Below the pieces are notes generated by a model. The model was not told where the DNA came from. It was given only the letters and a program-made list of their open reading frames with translations, and made no database searches. The position numbers and the translations under genes are program-made. Positions 22,886 through 36,115 of a stretch of 64,000 nt of DNA are shown here, one piece after another. The DNA is from Gracilinanus agilis (taxonomy: Eukaryota). Numbering within the stretch: position 1 is the stretch's first letter; each line of letters opens with the position of its first letter. The DNA is taken from assembly GCF_016433145.1 (NCBI RefSeq), contig NC_058132.1, positions 511,654,195-511,718,194 on the forward strand, read 5' to 3'.

Positions 22886-24790
22886 TTTGGACAGACAATC
22901 TGAAATTATACTTAGAAAATCCTAGAACTAAAAAATAGTTGAAATAATTAACAATTCACCAAAGTTGCAGGATGTAAAATAAACTCAAATAAGTCATCAG
23001 CATTTCTATCCATTATGAACAAAGTTAAAAAGAAGAGCTAGAAAGAGAAATTTCATTTAAAATAATTCTTCCTCATGGGTACACCAGGTCAATATAATAA
23101 AAATGACAATTCTACTTAAATTAATTATTTATTTAGTACCATACCAATAAAACTACCAAAAATTATTTCATAGGACAAGAAACAATCATAAAATAATTCA
23201 TCTGGAAGTCAAAAGGTCAAGTATATAAAGAGAACCAGTGGGGGAAAAATGTGATATCATCAAAATAATTTGATACAGAGTAGAATGGTGGTTCAGTGGA
23301 ACAAAATGGGTACATAATACACAGTAGAAAATGACTATTGCAATCTAATGTTTGATAAATGCAAAGATCTAAGCTTTTCGGAAAGGAATTCACTATATGA
23401 CAAAAAATCCTGGGAAAACTAGAAAGCAATATGACAGAAACTAAATATAGGTCAACATCTTACACCATATAACCGTATAACAAAAAGTGGTCAAAATGGG
23501 AGCTTGATTTGGACAAAAAGGATAATATACTAAGCAAATTAAGGGAGTTTGGAATACTTTATGTGTCAGATCTACAAGTAAGTGAAGAATTTATTACCAA
23601 ACAAGAGATAGAAAATATTAGAGGATACAAAATGGATAATTTTGATTACTTTAAATTAAAAAGACTTTGCACAAACAGAGTCAATGCAGTCAAGATTAGA
23701 AGAAAAGCAGGAAACTGGGGTAGGGGAGGATTATAACAAATTTCTTTGACAAAGGCTTAATTTCTTAAATAAGTAGAGGGTTGTGTCCAATTTATAAGAA
23801 TACAATAATTTGTAATAGATAAATAATTAAAGGAAATGAACAGGCAGTTTTCAGAAGAAGAAATCAAAGCTATCGATATAAAAGATGCTTTAAACACTGT
23901 TGATTAGAGAAATGCAAATTAAAATAACTCTGAGGTGCCACCACATACCTATGAGATGGGCTAATATGACACAAAAGGAAAATAACAAGTCCCAGAGGGG
24001 GTATGGAAAATTTGGGACACTAATGCGCTATTGGAGTTGTGAACTAATTTAACCATTCTGGAAGCCAATTTGGAACTATGCCCAACAGGCTATGAAGCTG
24101 TGTATACCCTTAGACCCAAAAATATCACTATCATGGCTACAGGTCAAGAGACAAAAGAAAAAGAAAAGGTCTTATATATACAAAACTATTTATAGCAGCT
24201 TTTTTTTTGTAGTGGCAAAGAATTCAGAATTGAAGGGATGCCCATCACCTGAGGAATGACTGAACAAGTTGTGGCATATTATTGTGATGGAATATTATTG
24301 TGCTTTAAGAAATGATGACCTGGATAGTTTCAGAAAAACCTTGGAAGACATATGAATTAATGCAAAGTGGAGAGAGCAGAGCTAGGATATCACTGTACAT
24401 AGTAACAGCAATACTGTACAATGATCAACTAAGAACAACAGTCATTCTCAACAATACAGTGATACAATACAGTTCTGAAGGACTTACGATGAAAAATGCT
24501 ATCTACCTCTAGAGACAGAACTGATGGAGTCTGAATGTGGACTGAATCATACTTATTTTACTTTCTATATCTTTCTTGTTTGTTTGTTTTATGTGTTCTC
24601 TTTTGCAATATGGAGAATAGGTAAATGTTTCTGCCTGACTGCATATCTAATCTATATCAAGGTGCTTTCCTTCTCAAGGTGTGTGAAGGGCAAGATGGAC
24701 AGAATTGGGAACTCAAAAATTATTTTTGAAATGTCAAAAAAAATTTTTACGTGTAATTGAGAGAAAATAAAATAAAAACAAAAACATATT
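22885..24790 (+). mobile_element. 5'-truncated marsupial L1 (ORF2 RT C-half, C-terminus and 3'UTR) with internal deletions
   Basis: ttatacttagaaaatcctaga (Y.ENP after the YADD motif), aaagttgcaggatgtaaaataaac, gaacaggcagttttcagaagaag, aaatgcaaattaaa, A-rich end near 24770-24790. Confidence 0.88.
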
Positions 24791-25368
24791 TTTTTCTTTC
24801 AAAAAAGTGTTCTTTGTGCACTTCCCTGCCCTGAGAACTGATTGTTTTCCAGCACTGTTTCCTAAGTGTTCTTCCAGCCTTTGCTTAAACATCTCCAATG
24901 GCACTACTATTATCCTTCACATGTAGAAAGTGAATATTTTTTTAAAGTTTAAGTTTTATAGGCTTTAAGTTTAAAAGAATTACATATAGAAACACACATA
25001 TGTATATACATGTATGCACACATACATATATACATTCATATATAAAACCCATTTGTTGTTTCTAACAGTCTGATTTTTTTGGCCCGAGGTAAGTTCCTAA
25101 AGAAAACATTTTACATAGCAACAAAATTTCCAAAATATCAAAATAAGTAAAGTACACACATACTTCCCTAGGCAAGTTAAAAACTCCCCTAGCCTCAGTT
25201 CTACATCTGTAAAATGGAGATAATGATAGTGCCTACCTTATAATCTTGTTGTGATAATAAAATCATAAAAAATATGATGTTTTGCAAACCTTACATATTA
25301 ATTATTATGGCATTGGCTTATTTCTCCCATTTTTGGAAAAGAAGCTGGAGCTTTTAAATTTCCTTTTA

Positions 25369-25607
25369 GGTGCTTCAGTGGATAGACGGCAGAGGCCTGG
25401 AGTCAGGAAGACCTGAATTCAAATCCAGCCTCAGATACTTAGTAGCTTTGTGACACCGGGCACGTCACCTAAACTTGTTTTTTTTCAAGCTCTTCATCTG
25501 TGAAATGAACTAGAGAAGGAAATGGCAAAACATTCCAGTAGCTTTGCCAAGAAAACCCCAAATAGGGTCCTGAAGAGTCAGACATGACTGAAACTACCAA
25601 CAACAAC
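25369..25607 (+). mobile_element. Mar1-type SINE (MIR head plus RTE/BovB-like tail)
   Basis: ggagtcaggaagacctgaattcaaatcc...gaaggaaatggcaaaac...gccaagaaaacccc...gacatgactgaa...caacaac. Confidence 0.85.
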
Positions 25608-25714
25608 ATAAATGGTGGAAGAGGTATTTTCTTTCTGTGGCTTTAACAGGGACCCTAAACCAACAGGATCAAGAGCTGCAAAATACCTCCGGTGTGACCC
25701 AATCTGGTCCTTCT

Positions 25715-25718
<4 letters not shown>

Positions 25719-25756
<38 letters not shown>
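25719..25756. repeat. (CA)19 microsatellite
   Basis: Direct reading. Confidence 0.98.
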
Positions 25757-25760
<4 letters not shown>

Positions 25761-25959
25761 CACACTCTTCCCAAACAGGCTTGATGATATGATGATGGAC
25801 TGCGTGTTTGTTTAACTTCCTGCCTTGCTAATTTTCAAGGACTCCTTGCTCCTTGGCAGTAGAGTAATTCATGATTTCATATTCACAGCAATTCCAAGAG
25901 GCTTTCTACTAAATTATGACAGTAACAATACTACTGCTACACTAGATCACCATCTCATG

Positions 25960-26190
25960 TAGGATAAGAGGCTTGCTTGAGTAAAGGAAGACTGTTATTT
26001 AAACTTGGCCTCAGAGACTGACATGATTTATGACCCAAGTCAAAACACTTCACTTCTTGGTCTCACTCTCTTCTTCTGTACAATAAAGATATTAATTTCA
26101 ACTATGTGGGGTGGTGGTGAGGATCAAATGAGACAATACAGTTAAAGCACTTTTCAAATCTTTAAGTACTACATAAATGCTAGCAATTAT
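25960..26190 (+). mobile_element. MIR-type SINE
   Basis: MIR core and tail gtgaggatcaaatgaga...aaagcactt...ataaatgctagc. Confidence 0.65.
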
Positions 26191-26199
26191 TATTGTTAA

Positions 26200-26270
26200 T
26201 AGTAGTATTAGTAGTAGTAATAGTGGTAGCAGTAGTGGTAGTAGTAGTGGTGGTGGTGGTGGTGGTGGTT
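26200..26270. repeat. (AGT)n/(GGT)n compound trinucleotide repeat
   Basis: Direct reading. Confidence 0.92.
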
Positions 26271-26861
26271 ATAGGGGCAGAGTTGGAAGAGAGGGTAATA
26301 ATATTCCAATTTAGTAGATGATCTTTCAGAATTGCTGTGGCTAAAAAGTCATCACCCCACTGCCAAGATGTTGATGAGCCCTTAAAACTTAGTATCAGAA
26401 GTCAGAGCATACACTGACCATCACCGGGCTTTTATCTGAAGCCTTTGTAGTTTGGGGTGAACCTAACAGCATTCATGATCCACTGACCTAGACATTGACA
26501 ACCCAGAGTCAGCTCAATATTCCAAGAAAAAATCGGAATTGAATTTTAGTGGTTGCTACCATAACATCTTTGTTGATATTAGTAAAGAAAAACTCAATGT
26601 ATTGAATACCTCTTCAGGACAGCACGAGAGGTATAAAAATTGCCATCAACAAGTGACTAAGTTAAAGGTTGATTAGCCAAAAGGGAATGATCTCCAACCT
26701 TTGAAAAGCTCCATATACAAATACCGAGTCAGATAATGAATGTCATGGCCAACTGAAAAGCAAATTATACATAAATGAAAAGTTGTGTTTTACCACGTTA
26801 CCAAATAAGTACACATAACAACATGGTTCAGAAATCTTGAATGTATAATTGTTACCATTTA

Positions 26862-27032
<171 letters not shown>

Positions 27033-27662
27033 CTAAAACACAAACAGCAGGGAAACATTCAACAACAAGGAAATGCCAAAATGATGATGGATAAATAATC
27101 ACAGGGCAGAGATTTTTTCCAGGAGAAGGCTGGGAGGGAGCACCAAAAGCAGTAACAGTTTGTGTTTTTACCCCTAGTATGTCTTTTTTCTTAAATTATC
27201 ACATATAATATTTGCAAATACATCTTTGAAGGACATTTCTCTTCAGCAGTTCTATACTATACATGGTCATAAACAACGTTTTCATAGGAATATTCACATC
27301 TTTGTGAAAACGTGTATCCACAGTGTAGTGTTTGTATGTGTGCTTCTTGATGAAAGAAATGAAAGAACTAACTATCATTATTGCTTAGAGACAAGAGCTT
27401 AAATATGAATGAATTATATTTATTCAATTTCCAAGTACTTCTTTTTTCTTTTCTTTGTAATCCTTTTCTTGCCTTAAATTTGCCACTAGAAATAAATAAA
27501 ATGCATAATATATGCAAATAGGAATATTATCATTCTGTAGGACACAGACCCTTTGTTGAATATGCAACTGCCTTGTTAAACATACAATTTTATGTCCCTT
27601 TACTAAAAAGTCTTATCTTCTGTCATAGAATCAATAGTATGTATTGGTTCTAAGTTTGAAAA

Positions 27663-27801
27663 GCTGTAAGGGCTAGGCAATGGGTGCTAAGTGACTTGCT
27701 CACAGGTCATAGGCTAGGAAGTGTTCCAAGGTTAAATTTGAAACCAGGACCTCCTTTCTCCAGGTCTGGTTCTCTATCCTTTGAGCCATCTAGCTGCCCT
27801 C
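27663..27801 (-). mobile_element. Older SINE1-related marsupial SINE
   Basis: gtaagggctaggcaatggg...aagtgacttgc...accaggacctcc...gagccatctagctgccc; diverged from the young copies. Confidence 0.75.
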
Positions 27802-30399
27802 AACTTTATTTCTTTTAGAGGTACCTCCACAAAGGAAAAGACATGTATACCGAATTAATTTCTGCAATACATTTAATGATTTCACCACGGTTGTGAGGAA
27901 GAATGTTTAAAACCCTCATGACAACAAACTGCTTTAAAAATTTTCAGGCACCCCAGACATCCTCCATTTTGATATTCTACCAAGAGATATGCTAATTAGC
28001 AATCAGTCTTATCTATTTATTAAGCACATCGCCTGGGGATTTCTAGTCCACTGCAAAACACACCTGGAGTACTCATTAAATGTTTGACATGATGATAATG
28101 ATGATATTCTGTTCTAAGGTCTTCTTTTCTGGATCTTGGAAATCTGTTTTTGATAAATGAATCATCACCATCCAGGATTATGGTGTTGGTTTTTGGTTAT
28201 CATCATCTTTACACCTGGTCCCTCCTTATCATCTATGTGAACACACTGACAAAGAAACAGTCCGTTGCATTAATATTAATTACTGTTAAATCAGATTGTG
28301 GGAATTATTTTTTTAATTACAAAGTTGGCTTTAGCTGATCTTGTTCCTATTAACATAATGTGATAATAAAATAAGAACATGGGCTTTAGCTCTCAGATGG
28401 ACCTCGAAGATCATTTAGTAGGACCCTTTTATTTTATTGGTGATAACACTGAATACTAAAGGGGAGAAACACCTACTCAAGGTCACATAGGTAATATCAG
28501 AACTAGGATTTGATCATAGGTATTCCTCATTATTTTCAACTTCCATAATTTGGAATTTGTGTTAATTGAGATAGGAGCTGTGTTATGTTTACTTTTGCTA
28601 ATCATACTCTCTTCAAAGATAATGAAAATTAATCATGTAAACTCAATGAATGACAAGGAGTAATGTTTGAAATCCTGAAGACAACAAACCATTTTACTCA
28701 TCTTCAAGTCCCTTGATGATTTTCCACTCTTCATTCAACCGACATACTAATTATAAATCACTTGTCTCTACATACTAAGCAGGTGTTTTAGGATTGGACT
28801 TTTTATGGGACAATAATTATTTATTATAGTTTGAGTTACCATGTATACTGTATTTTGAAGCAAAAAAAAAGCATATTTAAAACATTCTATGATTTCGACT
28901 AAGATATTTTGGTTGTTTTTTTAATGTCATCGATCATTTTACTTTGGTTATTTTATATTAATGTGTTATTAATTTATATTAATGTATAAGTGTGGTATGA
29001 GATACACACATGAATAATATATAAATATATATAAATTTCACTTAAAAACATAGTCTACATTTTGTTTGCTTACCTTCTATACTAGTATTATAATTTATAA
29101 TGCATTTATGAATATTTTAACATTCTGTGATTTCTTTAGCATGGTTAAAAACACATCATAAGTTAGTAAATAAATCATAGTGATTTTCCTGAGGCATGTA
29201 GAGTTTAAGTAACTTGTCCAAGGTTGCACATGAGAATATCAGAGGTAGAATATGAATTTAGATTTTCTTGACACCAAACCCCACTATACAAACTTTTTAT
29301 GATATACTGTCTTTATTATAATTAAGGTGTTACATAAGACTTGAACAGTAAATTTGAAAAATTTGCACAGAATATCATTTGAGTGATATTTTGTTTTCTT
29401 ATGAAAACATTATGCAATAAACATATTTACTGAAAATATAACTTTCTCCCCCAAACTTTCATTTAATATCACAGAAAATAGCACATGGTTTCCTCAAAAC
29501 AATTTAGCCACATCACTTTTTCTTCTTTGTCTTTGAGCCTTCTTGGTTGACCAACCATGGAATTTGTATATACATATCACATTCATACAGACATGAATAT
29601 ATACTTAACATAGTTTCCATAGGTTATTTGTCATAACCTAGACAATATGAGAGATTTTTTTCTTCACTTAGTTTTGTTACTATGAATTGTTAGATTTATC
29701 TTTTTCATACTACAGTGTATTTCAGTAAAGCAGCTTTGCAGTCATAGTGGGCCTGACCAAATTATTACAGTGTCATTAGTGAATATGGACTGTGGAGAAC
29801 CTCAGAATAAGGACTGTTACCTTATTTGTGTGGGAGGATGACTGATTGTACTGAGCATCTTACATGACTGGCAAACACTTCTCACAGTTTATCACTTTAT
29901 CGGATAGCAATGCTCTAATACATCACTGAAAAAGTTTTGTCTGTGGTTATATCTGTCATGTAATCTTGTCTAATTTTGATGTATTGCATAGAGGTACCTT
30001 GTTTGAAGAGTGCCTTTAAGGCTCTATTTGCTCTACTATGTCAACTGCATTCTCAAAACAACAAACAAAAGATGGTCTAAGTAGAATTTCGTTATAAAAT
30101 GTTATTCCCTTGCACCATCTCCTGTTATTTTCCACAATTTGTGGTCTTTTTTTCCAACTACTGACTTATTCTGGCAATCAACAGGAAGAACAGTTGGTAC
30201 TGTCTGTGAGCAATGCAGAACAAATCTGTGAGACAGGCATTGGAAAGGAGGGGGCATGTCATCTATCTGTTCATCACCAAAGGTGACATGTCATTCATAG
30301 TGGTGAACTAAATCTCAAAGGCAAAATGTGCTCAAGGCTAAACATAAAAGCAAAACTCAGAAATAGCAAAAGCAAGTAGATTGCTAGGTCACAAATCCC

Positions 30400-32260
30400 C
30401 AAACTATTAGACAATAAACAAAGAGTCACCTAATGGGTGCAAGGTGAATATGAATATGTCAAAGAATATGTCTCAATCTCTGCCCTCCAATGTCTCTATG
30501 GAGTAGTTGGGAAAACAACATATGTATAGTTCAATAAAATATAAAATAGTATATTTATTAATGCCAAATGAATGGTGACAGATAAGACTTACTATATCAA
30601 TTCAAAGGAGGGGGAATTCTACCTAAGCTGGAATGAATGAGAAAAGCTTTGTTTAAAGGTGGAGATACTTGAGTTGGACCTTTGAGAATAACTGTGATTC
30701 ATATGAGCAGTTACATATATAGGCAGATACAGATAAAAGAGTGGTTGGAAAGGACTCATTTGGGGACAAGAGGAATATGTGACCGTTTCAGGGCAGGTGG
30801 TATGGGAACAAGAATAAGAAAGGCAGGTTCAAGAAATAATTGGTAGGATACATCTAGGCAAGCTGAAAGTTTCAGTTGCATAATAGTTTGGGGAAAAGTT
30901 AGGAAGGTAGGTTAAAACAAAGTATCAATGTGAATACCAGTGTAAGGAGTTTGAACTTTTAGGCAACTGGAAGGAAAGAAGGTTGTTCTTTTTGCTGCTG
31001 TTTTTAAATCCAGGTGTTGGAATATACACACCTGTTTAAAAAATTATAAGGAGTGTATAAGGAAGATTTGAGTGGGGAGAGATTGGAGGTAAAGACTCAT
31101 TAGAAGATCAATAGAATAGCTTTAGAATCAGGTTCTGTGACCAGAAAATGGGATTGATAATAAGAAAAGAAAAAAAGGAAGCCCTATGAAAATCATTATG
31201 AATAAAGAAACAATATGGTTTAGTGGCTTAAGGGAGAAGCAAAGAGGAGACTGACTTGAGAATGGGAGAATGGCTATACAACTTATAAGATACAATGAGA
31301 TAAAAAAACATGATAGATATCAAGGAGTATAACTGTATAGGATGAATTTGGTTTGGACATACTGCATTTAAGAGAGAAGTTTTTTTTTTTTTTTTTTTTT
31401 TTTGAGTATCATGATCTTCTTGAGTCTGGTGAAACCGATGGGTAGCTGTAAAATATTTTTAAAACTCATAAGATAAATACATAGGTCTATAAGGAAACCA
31501 AATATACTGAAATACAATAATAAAAAAACTCCACCAAATTCATGGACCCTAGATTATTAACTCCTGAATTTAAGATGATGATTAAACACACAAATAGAAA
31601 TGTCCAGAAGGTAATTAAACATGTAGGCCTTAATTTCAGGAGAAAGTCAGGAATGGATATGTATATTTGAGAGTAACGCAGATAGTATTGATGGATAAAG
31701 AAGTCATAGGAATAAACATGTTCATATAGATGCAAAGTTTTATGAGTGATATAAGTACTGTAGTTTTGGACTTACCTGGATTCCTCATATCTAAGGGGTA
31801 GGAGGAGGGAAATTATCCAGCACAGAAAATCTAGTAAGGAGTGGCAAAAGAGAAAAGAGGTCAGCCAGAAGAGTGTGGTATCATAAAAGGTAAGAAAGGA
31901 AAATTTCAAAAAAATAGAGTTTTCAAAAACTGTTAAATGCTATAAAGAAGATAAGAAAAAAATGAAGTTAATAATTATCCTAGATTTAGTGTGTAAAAGA
32001 TCAATAGTGGCATTTGCCAGTATATTTTTCATTAGAAGATCAGGAGCAGAGTGAATTTCAAAGGATTAAAGAGTGAGAGGATGGGGTGGAACTGGAAGTG
32101 GCAAGTATAGAACTCAACATTAAATGTAATTAAATAGAAGAGTAGAATAAGAAAACAGTAGGATCTGGTGAAAGCTTATTTGAATTCCAATAGCCAGTGA
32201 TAAATTATGGGATAAAGAGTCTTAAAGGGTTAGCTTTAGCAAGCAAATACATTTCCTATC
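30400..32260 (-). mobile_element. Long degenerate L2, interrupted by a hAT relic
   Basis: Reverse L2 3'-end motifs; boundaries approximate. Confidence 0.5.
31404..31566 (+). mobile_element. Ancient hAT/Charlie-type MITE relic
   Basis: gtctggtgaaaccgatgg...aaatacatagg...aaggaaaccaaatatactgaaatac...catggacccc...ttaactcctg matches a MER-type pattern from memory; family not named. Confidence 0.55.
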
Positions 32261-32796
32261 TATGCCTACAGTTATACCTATACCTATGTACTTCAGTGTG
32301 GAGGGAACTTTTGAGGTGAAAAAGAAGCCTTCATCATTCAGCCCGATGAGGGCATCTCAGCTTCAATTTTCTAAGTAAAGTAGGAACCACTTCAGATTAA
32401 GCATATATGATAGGATTGAAGATCTGAGGCAAAACGGAGGTCCAAACCAGTAATCACTGGGAATGAACTAAGGAATATAAAATAAATTAATAAATTAAAT
32501 CCTAAACAATTGTGAAGGCCAGTTGAGGTGACAAAAGATAAATTGGTGATGGTTTTAATTAGCTCTTAAAAATCTTAAATGGAGCTATGATCTCATTGAT
32601 GTGGGCATTCCTATTAACAATGCAGATTGCAGCCCATCCAAGTCTACTCATTCTTTGTAACTACTGTACATGTTCTACTATAACTTTTCCACAAAGGGAA
32701 CACCCAACATGCTGGGATCCTTTCCTGGTATCACTTGATCTATAATAGAGGAACATGGGAGCTGTACTTTGATTATTCTTGTCTCATAGATTTCCA

Positions 32797-33937
32797 GGGG
32801 AGGAGGCAAGATGGTGGAGTAGAACAGAGAAGCTCTGAGATACCATAAGAATCCTCTCTACCCAGTATATCAAAATATCACCATAAAATGAATACAGGAG
32901 TGAAAGAACCAACAAGGAGACAGAGGGAAATAACACTCAAGAAAAGAAAAACCCAAAAGGCAGGCAGAGAACATCTAGGGCACTGGGGTGAGTGAGAAGG
33001 GAGCAGAGTCAGCAAGATTATAGTAAGGAGTGAAGAGCAAGCCAAGAGCAAATCGCACATCTCTACCCTATATCTGCTATCTCAGGTTTAGAACCTAAGT
33101 CCAAGCCAACATTCAGATCCTGAGATCCTGCCTGGACAAAAAGTGGTTCAAGCCAACCCACACCCCTTGAATTTTCAAACCTGTGGAGAAGTCCAGAGTC
33201 CCAGCCCAGAGCAGTCTGTGCTGAAGTGGGCTGATCCATGTAGACCCAGAGCAAAGCCAGGAATCCTAGTCTGGGCTTGGGATGAGGACATAGATCAGAG
33301 TTTGGAGTGGCAAATAGTACTAAAGGGAGCCCAGAACTTTTTGCTTAAAGCGCAGGACAGAGCTCCAGGACAAGGCAATCAAAGGTGTGCCAGATTAGAA
33401 CAAGTACACAGTAAGATAAAAAAACTTATACCTAAGCCTAAGGCTATAATTTAAGTAGTTCTTGACCTGATCAAGATCAAGTAAGACCAAAAGCTTACAA
33501 CTAAGCCTAAGGCAAGTCTTTGAGCTATCATAATCTGAAGGGTTAATGAGAGCTCTCAGAGCTCTCAGCCCTCAGGCCATTACACCATCTTTGAAGTACT
33601 AAAACTGTTAAAAACCCAGAAAATAAGCTGATAATAGCATCAAGGAAGGACTGAAGTTTAATAGGGTACCTCAAACTCCCAGAAAACAGAACCTACCTGT
33701 AATTAGGTAAGAAAAATGAGCAAACAACCAAAAAAGCATCTAACTCTAAAGAATTTTTTATGGAGACAAAAAGCAAGGTACAGATACAGAAGGGGACACT
33801 GAATGCAAAGCAAACACATGCAAAGTCCAAAAGAAAAATATGGATTGGACATCTGGAAGAGCTCAAAAAAGACTTCAAAAAACAAGTAAGAGAGGCAGAG
33901 GAAAAGTGGGGAAGAGAAATGAAAGAAATGCAAGGTC
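32797..33937 (+). mobile_element. L1 5'UTR plus ORF1 N-terminus, 3' part absent
   Basis: Starts GGGGAGGAGGCAAGATGGTGGAG (L1 5' end); ATG at 33716 reads MSKQPKKHLTLKNF; followed by coiled-coil-like LEELKKDFKKQVREAEEKWGREM. Confidence 0.8.
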
Positions 33938-34542
33938 CATTCAATTATATGTCATCATCTGAATAACAGGTCTTTTTAAATCCATTTAGTTTTTCCTGTG
34001 TGAGTAGTTAGTCCACATTACTTAGCATCTTTAACCAGTTGTAAGAATCTATTAAATGAATAAGGTTTAATATGCGATTTGGTATAGTCTTTGTTCACAG
34101 TCCATATATCATAGTTCCAAAAGAATACAGCATAACAGAGCTACTCATTACCACAAATAAAGCTCTTCCCATTTCCCAGGCCATGTTTCAATGTATTTGC
34201 TTAGCTAGTAAAGTTTTCTGCTTTGCTATTCTTTGCTTTCTGTCCTTGTGAGGCTTCTGTAGCTATTGGGAGGATCTAATCCAAAATGGCTGCCATCTGA
34301 GTACTTTTCAGTATTTTGTTCAATAAAATGGCTTTTTAAAAAAATTAAATCAGGTTCTTTATTTGGTTTTAGCTCTCCACAAATGTATGAGGGTGAGTAT
34401 TGATGGTAGGGGGGTGTATCTAGACTCCCTCCTTGTTAACCTTTCAATGGGCCAGATCAGCTGTCTCTCACCCCCACCCCAGGGAAGACATATGAAGGAA
34501 CAAACTCAAAGAGGTTCCCAAACTGGCAAAGCTATCAGGGGA

Positions 34543-35395
34543 TGTTGAAGGAAGGTGTTGGGGTTCAGTGTGAATCCATTGGGTTGGATCCCACTCTCAG
34601 AGCCAGCCCTGTTGAGACAAGCCTCCTCCACTCCTAAGTTCAAGTAGCTTTACCCGTCAAGATGGACTTTGGAATTAGTCTTCTCCTCAGCCTCCAGATC
34701 AGTCACCTCCTCCCCTCAATGTAACTGCTCCAGACTCTAAATATCAAACTATCAGAGATTTATTAAAGGATAAATTAAATTCAGGGGACAGGGGAAAAAG
34801 GTATAGGGGAAGCAAGGAAGGAGGGAAAGGACAAACTTCACTATCAGCTATGTCTTCTCCCTCAAGAGAGCAGCTCTTGACTTCTTCTGTAGCTTGGTCA
34901 CAGTAGCTAACTCTCTCTTCCCCCTACAATATCCTATCAAATATTTCTAAACTAATATAAAAGGGAAGTAACAGGATCAATGGATTCAAGCAGGATCAGG
35001 GAAGGGACCCCCCCATTCAAGCCTGCTCCCCCAGGAGTTAGGACTCCCCAACCAAATTGGAGAATTGCTATTCAATGTTTTCTTTGTTGGTAAATGAAGA
35101 TAGTAGGAATTGATGTTAGTAGTTGTGATTTCCCAACAATAATCACTAATAAAAGTACAGAGGAGCCCAATTCGTTCTGGATCCACCCAAAATCAAAACC
35201 TCTCAACCAAAAAACCCACCCTAGGGTCCCAGTCTGATCAGTAGTGAAATGACAGTTGAGAAAACTCCCCCAAACTCCTCTTGCTGCTGGCCCCTCCCAA
35301 ACAGAATTCTCTCAGGGTTCCATGGGGTCAGTTTCCAGTCCCTTTACAAGATGAATGCTTAGTGATCCTTGATTCACCCCAATTCCACACTTACA
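34543..35395 (-). mobile_element. LTR-like element, same orientation as MYO16
   Basis: TG...CA ends plausible; minus-strand AATAAA at 34759-34764; LTR-like purine/pyrimidine blocks; no TSD resolved. Confidence 0.5.
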
Positions 35396-35932
35396 AGTGA
35401 CAATGAATCTCCTTTAGAAGGCTCTTATTTAGCATTCTTGGGCTTGATATAAACAGTATAATTGTTATATGAAATAGGAGCATCTGATGGACTTCACTAG
35501 CTATAAGGAAACACTCTTTGATGTGGATACTGCTTCTCTGGAAAAGAGACCTCTTTCTATTTTATGGTTCATTTGATATTAATGATGTGAAGATCATTGA
35601 GTACTAAATTACCTGTTATATCTTTGAAGGAATTTTGTATAATTTTGTCATATGCATGGGCAACCCCTTGTTGGAACAGAACCTTTAAGAACACATCCCT
35701 CTACTGAAGCAAATGCCTTTTTTATAGTCAAAAAATAGTAAGCACAATGGGACCTTTTATTTGCTACACCTGTAAGATATTACTATGGAGTATTAGACAG
35801 AAACTCATCTAGTCACCCTTGGACATTCTTCCCAAGGACGTTCCTGATGAATATATGTATGATTATCAGAAATTTTATACAAATGCAAAAGTAAACATAT
35901 GAGTCAGTAGGTTTTTTAAAAAATATTTTCTT

Positions 35933-36115
35933 GGGGCAGCTGGGTAGCTCAGTGGAGTGAGAGTCAGGCCTAGAGACAGGAGGTCCTAGGTTCAAACCCG
36001 GCCTCAGCCACTTCCCAGCTATGTGACCCTGGGCAAGTCACTTGACCCCCATTGCCCACCCTTACCACTCTTCCACCTATGAGACAATATACCGAAGTAC
36101 AAGGGTTTAAAAAAA
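35933..36115 (+). mobile_element. Young SINE1_Mdo-type SINE, full length
   Basis: TSD AAAAAATATTTTCTT at 35918-35932 and about 36110-36124; TTTT/AAAA L1-endonuclease site. Confidence 0.94.

Noticed and set aside
31380-31403. T24 run as a retrocopy tail
   Set aside because: Abuts a hAT relic inside an L2, with no mRNA-like body or TSD; treated as a homopolymer.
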